From a virus: a stretch of DNA of 64,000 nt. Made by a program: the position numbers and the translations under genes. The notes beneath the pieces are model-generated. The model was given only the letters and a program-made list of their open reading frames with translations, was not told the origin of the DNA and did not search any database. The stretch covers positions 20,029 through 84,028 of the IMG/VR virus record IMGVR_UViG_3300049043_000244. One strand, given 5' to 3'. Below are positions 58,901 through 64,000 of this stretch, piece after piece. Every line of letters begins with the position of its first letter. Position 1 is the first letter of the stretch.

Positions 58901-61298
58901 AGCACGGTAGTACTGGTAATGTCCCTTACAAGTACTAGGAGCTACCATGTGTCGGCTGTGTCTGTGGTGGTACTGGTGATTGTGGTACCGGCCACTGCTG
59001 ACGGTGCGGAGCTTAGTAGTCGACACGGTTGTATTGTCGTGTCGGTCAGGTACAAGGATGCAGTGTGAGGACGAGGCGCCGTGGTATTTGCTGTACTGGC
59101 ACTGTGCCGGAGTATTGGCATTGCAGCTGGCGGGTGCCGGGACGGGGATGAATTCTAACTCCTGAATGTAGTAGAGACCCGGACGTCGTGTCGTAGGGTA
59201 CTTGCTTGGCCACGATTTTGTCCGTATCATCGTAGAATATGATCGCAGCCCGATTCCGTACTGGGAGTAGCCTCCTGGCTCCATCTATGGATCCTGTGGG
59301 TTTGTGCGGGCGTGGTGTTCCAACGAGATTATTGTTCCCTCAATGTCCTTGTCCATATACAAAAAGCATTTCGTCAATCGTGCCTGTCGCACGATTGAGA
59401 ATACGTGCGTACCCCTGTCCATCGGCGGGTTTCCGCGTGCCGTCGTACCCCGTGATTTTAAACTTTGTCTGTGTAGTGAAATCATGGAGAATGTGTGGCA
59501 AGCCCGTAGCACTAACCTGATGCTCCCAGTGTCCGCAAGATCCTGGGACACTGTGGTTCGTGTTATGGTTGTGGTTGCATACGGTGGCGGTAACGTACTA
59601 GTCGTAGGCAGCTCAGGCAGTGTGGGAAGCCGTCAGCATGTGGGGTAGTGATCTACGTACTTGTCAGTAGTCGGTTTTCGAGGAAATTGGACGTAACCCA
59701 GTGGGGGAAATCGGACTGGCTGGACTGACCGCTGAAGTTCCCTGGCTGCCACGGCCAGGCTGACTCCAGGGTCTGGTAGATGGCGGGTGTGTATGTGTCA
59801 TCATGTTCCTTGTTGTCGTCAGTCAGCCTCCTCATACCCGTGCATGTATGTGTCAGTGACAGATGTCTGTGCCCGTGGTGTCATCGAGTATACGGTCAAC
59901 TAAGTCCTCGTACCGGTGTCTGTTTCGCCCAATTTGCCCCTGTAGCACCCGGATCATTCGGTCACGTGTGGCTTGGCGGGCTTCGGGGTGTTGTGCGCGG
60001 CGATAGCTGGCGGAGGACGTCCTTTCCTACCGTCAGGGTCTTCGATGCAAATTCCATGCATGCGAGAGTGCGCGGGAGCCATCGGCAGTCGCCCAGTTCG
60101 TGTCCATAAGTGCCGCAGCCCTGGCACTGTGTGTTTGGGCGGGCCGTATTGGTGCGTCCAGGTTGAGCCGGAACTACCACAGTGGCTACTACTTCGGTGT
60201 TCCGGTGCGGGGCCATTGGTGTCCCGGCGTACAGAACCTCGAGGAGTACTCGGATTGTTACTGGGTCGTCCGCGTCCAGTATTACCAGGTACTGTGTGTG
60301 TCATGTTTATGTGTGCCGCCATGTGTGTTCCGCTCCAAAGTAGGCCTTGCTTTGTTGCGAGCGTTAAGGGGAGGCTGGGGAACATGTACTTTGAGGGTAC
60401 TGTGGACGTGCGAAAAGGTGCAATCTACTCCAACTCCTGAATAAGTTGCGTGGCAGCAGGTGTGTAGGTGCTGACACGTTGCATGCTACTGTCAGGTACA
60501 TCATTGCTTGTTTCCTGTGGTGGGTAGGTTCGGTTGTGGTGCAATTGTCAGTCGGTAGAACTCCGAAGCTGCACGGCATATTCATAAGGATTGGTGCCCT
60601 GGGTTGCCTGTGGGGGGGTGTTGATGATACCAATGTTTTTCGAGTCGACAACCAACGTTGCTGCCAAGAGGGCCTTGAGAAGGCTGTATCCATCTCGTGT
60701 GGAGTTGAACATTTGGAGGAGTCCTTGGTACATGGGATCGCCGGGGTCTAGGGTGCCTTCTTCTTCAAGTCGTGCATAGATTGCAGCACTGTACCGGTCG
60801 CGAAGTTGTTCGTCTGTCAGTGTGTCCATGGGGTACAGTTGTTCCTGTGCACTGTCCAGGTTCTGGATGTGTAGGTGGTCAAAGATTTTGATGGGTACCC
60901 GATACATCTTAACAAAGTCCACAAACAAGTTGTAGAAGGTGACTACAGCCTTGCGGTCGCGTCCGGAGTTGCATTGGTGTTGTCGTCGAGCGGAGGCGGC
61001 CAATTTGGGTATCTCTGATTGTGGTATTTGGTGTCGCTACCATTCCATGGGTGCCGTGGTGCGGTATGGTGATCCTGCTGTCTCTGTTGTGTGGCGGTGG
61101 TGGTATCACCAGGGTAGTGCTGTGCTGGCGCTGTTGGTGTACTACTACTGCTAGCGTCCTGACGCTGCGGTGGAATGTTCACCATGTAGTTGCGCCATCG
61201 GACCCGGGTGGTATCGGTGGTGTTGGGGTGTGTCGGTGGCAAGGAGTGGTCGATGTCGTCCTGATTTGGCGGTTGTTTCGAATTTTGAGTGAAGTCAG
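55995..61298 (-). mobile_element. Ty1/copia LTR retrotransposon gag-pol (diatom CoDi-like), partial, no LTRs visible
   Basis: Domain order gag zinc knuckle CQGCGTYGHELGDC, protease DTG, WHQRLAH..C..C, integrase (MDIG, RSDGEG, QNGMAER), RT (KARGTC, ADAGNAF, LQGHPEAPRLW, QVDDF). Confidence 0.92.
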
Positions 61299-61341
61299 AG
61301 CAATACGTAACTGAACGAACACCGACCAGTTACGTATTGCT
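61299..61341. other. back-to-back Oxford Nanopore adapters
   Basis: AGCAATACGTAACTGAACGAA...CAGTTACGTATTGCT. Confidence 0.95.
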
Positions 61342-61657
61342 GGCGAGGCAGGTGTCTGCGTCCTTGATACCCGCGAGACCCAGTCAGTCCATGCTGGCGT
61401 TGCAGAGTTCGGCGTGCACCAGTACGACTCGTCAGTCTTGATGATACAGGTCTGGAAAAAGCTCGTCTTCACTTTGGCGGCCCCGAGGGCATGATCGTGA
61501 CCCAGGCGCGTTGGAGTACGTCTGCGGTCCGCCGCCACTTACTGGTATACGCTCTCCGTACGCAATCGGTGCCGACGCATTTGACGCTTCCACCGGTGGC
61601 AACGATGCATGTTGCGGAACCCGAGACCGACACGTCGGTGACGCCCGTCAGGGGAGT

Positions 61658-61704
61658 AGCAATACGTAACTGAACGAAGTAATATTGAACAGTTACGTAT
61701 TGCT
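61658..61704. other. back-to-back Oxford Nanopore adapters
   Basis: AGCAATACGTAACTGAACGAAGTA...CAGTTACGTATTGCT. Confidence 0.95.
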
Positions 61705-62022
61705 GATGGAGAGTTACGGCTGGCGTTTTAATCGTTTTGATCGCGGGTGATTATGCCCATGTCATGGAAGAGGCTTCTGAGGACGTTGTCGTCTTCGATG
61801 ATCTTGTAAAGTTCTTCCGGGTCATGCGAGCACGACGGATGGCTTTGCGGACTTCGGCGGGGATGAGGCTTTGTGGTTTGTTCGCTGGAACCATTCGGCG
61901 ACGCGTTCGAGTGCAGCAAGAGCATCGTCGCGGAAGAGATGGAACCTGGACAGCGGGCCCACGATCCTGGAGCCATTGCCACTGCCACTGCCGGCGGCGG
62001 GCGGTTTTGGGGTGCAGAGCCG

Positions 62023-62095
62023 AGCAATACGTAACTGAATCGTTGAACCAAAAACATTTAGTTACCAATTGCTCTCAATTGACTCCGTATGTGCT
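62023..62095. other. Oxford Nanopore adapters (partly degraded)
   Basis: AGCAATACGTAACTGAA...AGTTACCAATTGCT. Confidence 0.9.
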
Positions 62096-62852
62096 ATTGG
62101 TTGGGCTATTGGTTGGGCTTGGGGTTGGGCTGTTGGTTGGGCTTGGGTTCGGTGCTTTCTGAGCGACCCACTATTATACTCTCTTTGTTGAACTTATTAT
62201 TCGGCACTTCGTTCGGGCTTAATCATGACGATGCAAATGCCCCTAGAGGGCCTTACTGTAGTGGCTGCGCCCCGTGCCTCTGCCCCTGCTCCAGGAAGCG
62301 ATGCAGAAACCTGTAAGATCGAAGGTGGAACTATGCATGTGGTGCTTACTTGTTGGTGGTGGGAAGATATTAGCAAAATGAATGAAAAATCAAAATATTC
62401 AATAAAATTGTAATAATATAATAAATCAATAAGAATAAATATTTACATAGATACAAAATAACAATAAATCAAAATATTTCAGTCTAGAATTATATAAACA
62501 TTTCAATAGTTACAATAATAAGAATAACAATAAAATTATTTTAATCAAATTATTATAATAAAATGAAATTAATTAGATGCTTAACTTTTCCATATTGTTA
62601 ATATAACATTATGATATATTAACAATACTTTCTCTTAGTGGTTGTATGTTGGTAGAATTTCAGAAATTTTACTATCAATTCTATGCAATTTCACTAATAT
62701 AATTTGTTGTTGTATTCTAGGTAGATGTTCATAATGTCTTTTTACATTATATTGTATTAATTCTTTTGCTCTGCTCTTGTCTTTTATAAATCATGTTATC
62801 TATTACATTTTCTCTATAATATATATACATACCCAATAAAGCATTTATTTTA

Positions 62853-63254
62853 TTACATATTCTTATTACATTTGATTGTGCAACAGTTCCATGTCAATAA
62901 ATTTTCCATCATATTCAATAAATCAACTAGTGATGAATAACTATGAATATTAGCATCATAAAGTGATGGATATTCTATATCATTTCTATCAATAATTTCT
63001 ACATCTCTTTTGATTTCCCAATAAGTTCTAATTAGCTCATAATGACGACGACAAAATGGACATATATTATTACATGAAGGAACACACCTCACACATAATT
63101 TATGAACACAATTACTTAATTTATATGTTGCTTCACAGTCATAACAAACACCACATAATTTATCTTCTCGCTCTTGAATTCTGAGGTTAATAATCTCAAG
63201 CTCTTTTGCAATCTGACGTTCAAGTTTTTTAATCATCTTAATCTTTGTGTCCAT
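62853..63254 (-). CDS. C3HC4 RING-finger protein in a very AT-rich fragment (NCLDV-like or protist)
   Basis: CGVC...CVHKLCVRC...CPFCR. Confidence 0.75.
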   Translation of the reverse strand: MDTKIKMIKKLERQIAKELEIINLRIQEREDKLCGVCYDCEATYKLSNCVHKLCVRCVPSCNNICPFCRRHYELIRTYWEIKRDVEIIDRNDIEYPSLYDANIHSYSSLVDLLNMMENLLTWNCCTIKCNKNM

Positions 63255-63273
63255 ATCCCTCTCTTTACTATGT

Positions 63274-63311
63274 CATTATGTAACTGAACGAAGAAAACAG
63301 TTATGATTGCT
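63274..63311. other. degraded back-to-back Oxford Nanopore adapters
   Basis: TATGTAACTGAACGAAG...CAGTTATGATTGCT. Confidence 0.85.
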
Positions 63312-63905
63312 CCCACCAACCAAAGAACCAAGCCAACCAGCCGACCAATCAACCTCAACCAGCCCACCAACCAAGCAACCCTAGGGGACCAGCAGATCAA
63401 CCGACCAGCTAACCCGCGGACTAAACGACACTAACCAGAAAGCAACCGATCACCCATTGGTCCAACGCACCGCAACGCAACTCCAGTCCACCCCACCCAG
63501 CCCAGCCCAGCCCGGCCCGGCCGGCCCGGCCCGGCCCGGCCCGGCCCCGCCCGGCCCGGCCTCTGCCCCGCCAGCCTGACCCGACCCGTCGAGACGCGCT
63601 TCCTTGCCGCGCCCGCTTCTGTGAGGCCCTCCTGCAGCGCCGGCCAGTGGGCACTGAAGAGCCGCGCACGGCCCAACCGGCGCCGCTTTTCAAGGCCGGC
63701 AGCACCTCGCCGTGAGCGCCTGAGCAGCTCCTGGGCAGCCACGCCGGCGGAGGGCACGAGGGGAGTGGGAATGCCGGAGGGGGAGGCGCTGGCGGGGGTT
63801 GGGCGGAAGGGCGGGCGGGGGGCGGGTGAGGTGCTATGTGGGAGGGGCAAGTGGGCGGCCTGTGGTTGGGGGTGGTGGGGCGGTGTGGCGTGGGGCGGAG
63901 GGGCA

Positions 63906-63940
63906 AGCAAGACGCAACGGAACCAAAGTTACGTATTGCT
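63906..63940. other. degraded back-to-back Oxford Nanopore adapters
   Basis: AGCAAGACGCAACGGAAC...AGTTACGTATTGCT. Confidence 0.85.
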
Positions 63941-64000
63941 CTGACGGTTATTTAAGCGAAGTGGGATCTGATATTTCGATACCGAGATGGGCGAGAAATC

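Noticed and set aside
62096-63560. GGTT/CCAA-rich and CCCGG-rich tracts (62096-62152, 63312-63420, 63490-63560) as telomeres or functional repeats
   Set aside because: Irregular, adjacent to adapters and consistent with low-quality basecalls or simple microsatellites.
61299-63940. Recurring ~25-45 nt inverted-repeat motif resembling a CRISPR repeat, attC site or transposon end
   Set aside because: It matches the Oxford Nanopore ligation adapter and its reverse complement; spacing is irregular and the flanks are unrelated.

Overview
This window is not one genome. It looks like an uncorrected, indel-rich nanopore chimera of several molecules, so most genes appear frameshifted. (1) 1-~48008 is an AT-rich T4-like cyanomyovirus fragment. 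It carries baseplate/tail genes (gp5, gp51, gp26, gp54-like, gp4, gp2, gp48, an expanded gp53), gp32, gp59, gp33, exonuclease, phoH, thyX, cp12, speD, glutaredoxin, and psbA with a PhotoRC-II leader and a downstream Endo VII-type homing endonuclease. It also has a tandem glutamine-riboswitch/NtcA-box/DUF4278 module and a ~10 kb island. The island runs from two tail-fibre-like genes into a tightly packed run of 2OG-Fe(II) oxygenases, four GT25-like glycosyltransferases, a miniature DegT/StrS aminotransferase, a StrB1-type amidinotransferase and an O-carbamoyltransferase. This candidate phage guanidino/carbamoyl-glycan pathway is the most striking system here. (2) ~48009-55973 is a GC-rich Polinton-like virus/virophage-type element with an rve integrase, GT4 glycosyltransferase, collagen fibre, packaging ATPase, penton and AT-hook protein. 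(3) ~55995-61298 is a Ty1/copia retrotransposon gag-pol of the diatom CoDi type. (4) 61299-64000 is short unrelated fragments separated by Oxford Nanopore adapter sequences, one with a RING-finger ORF. Protein family calls come from motif recognition by eye, with no database searches. Coordinates of frameshifted genes are approximate.
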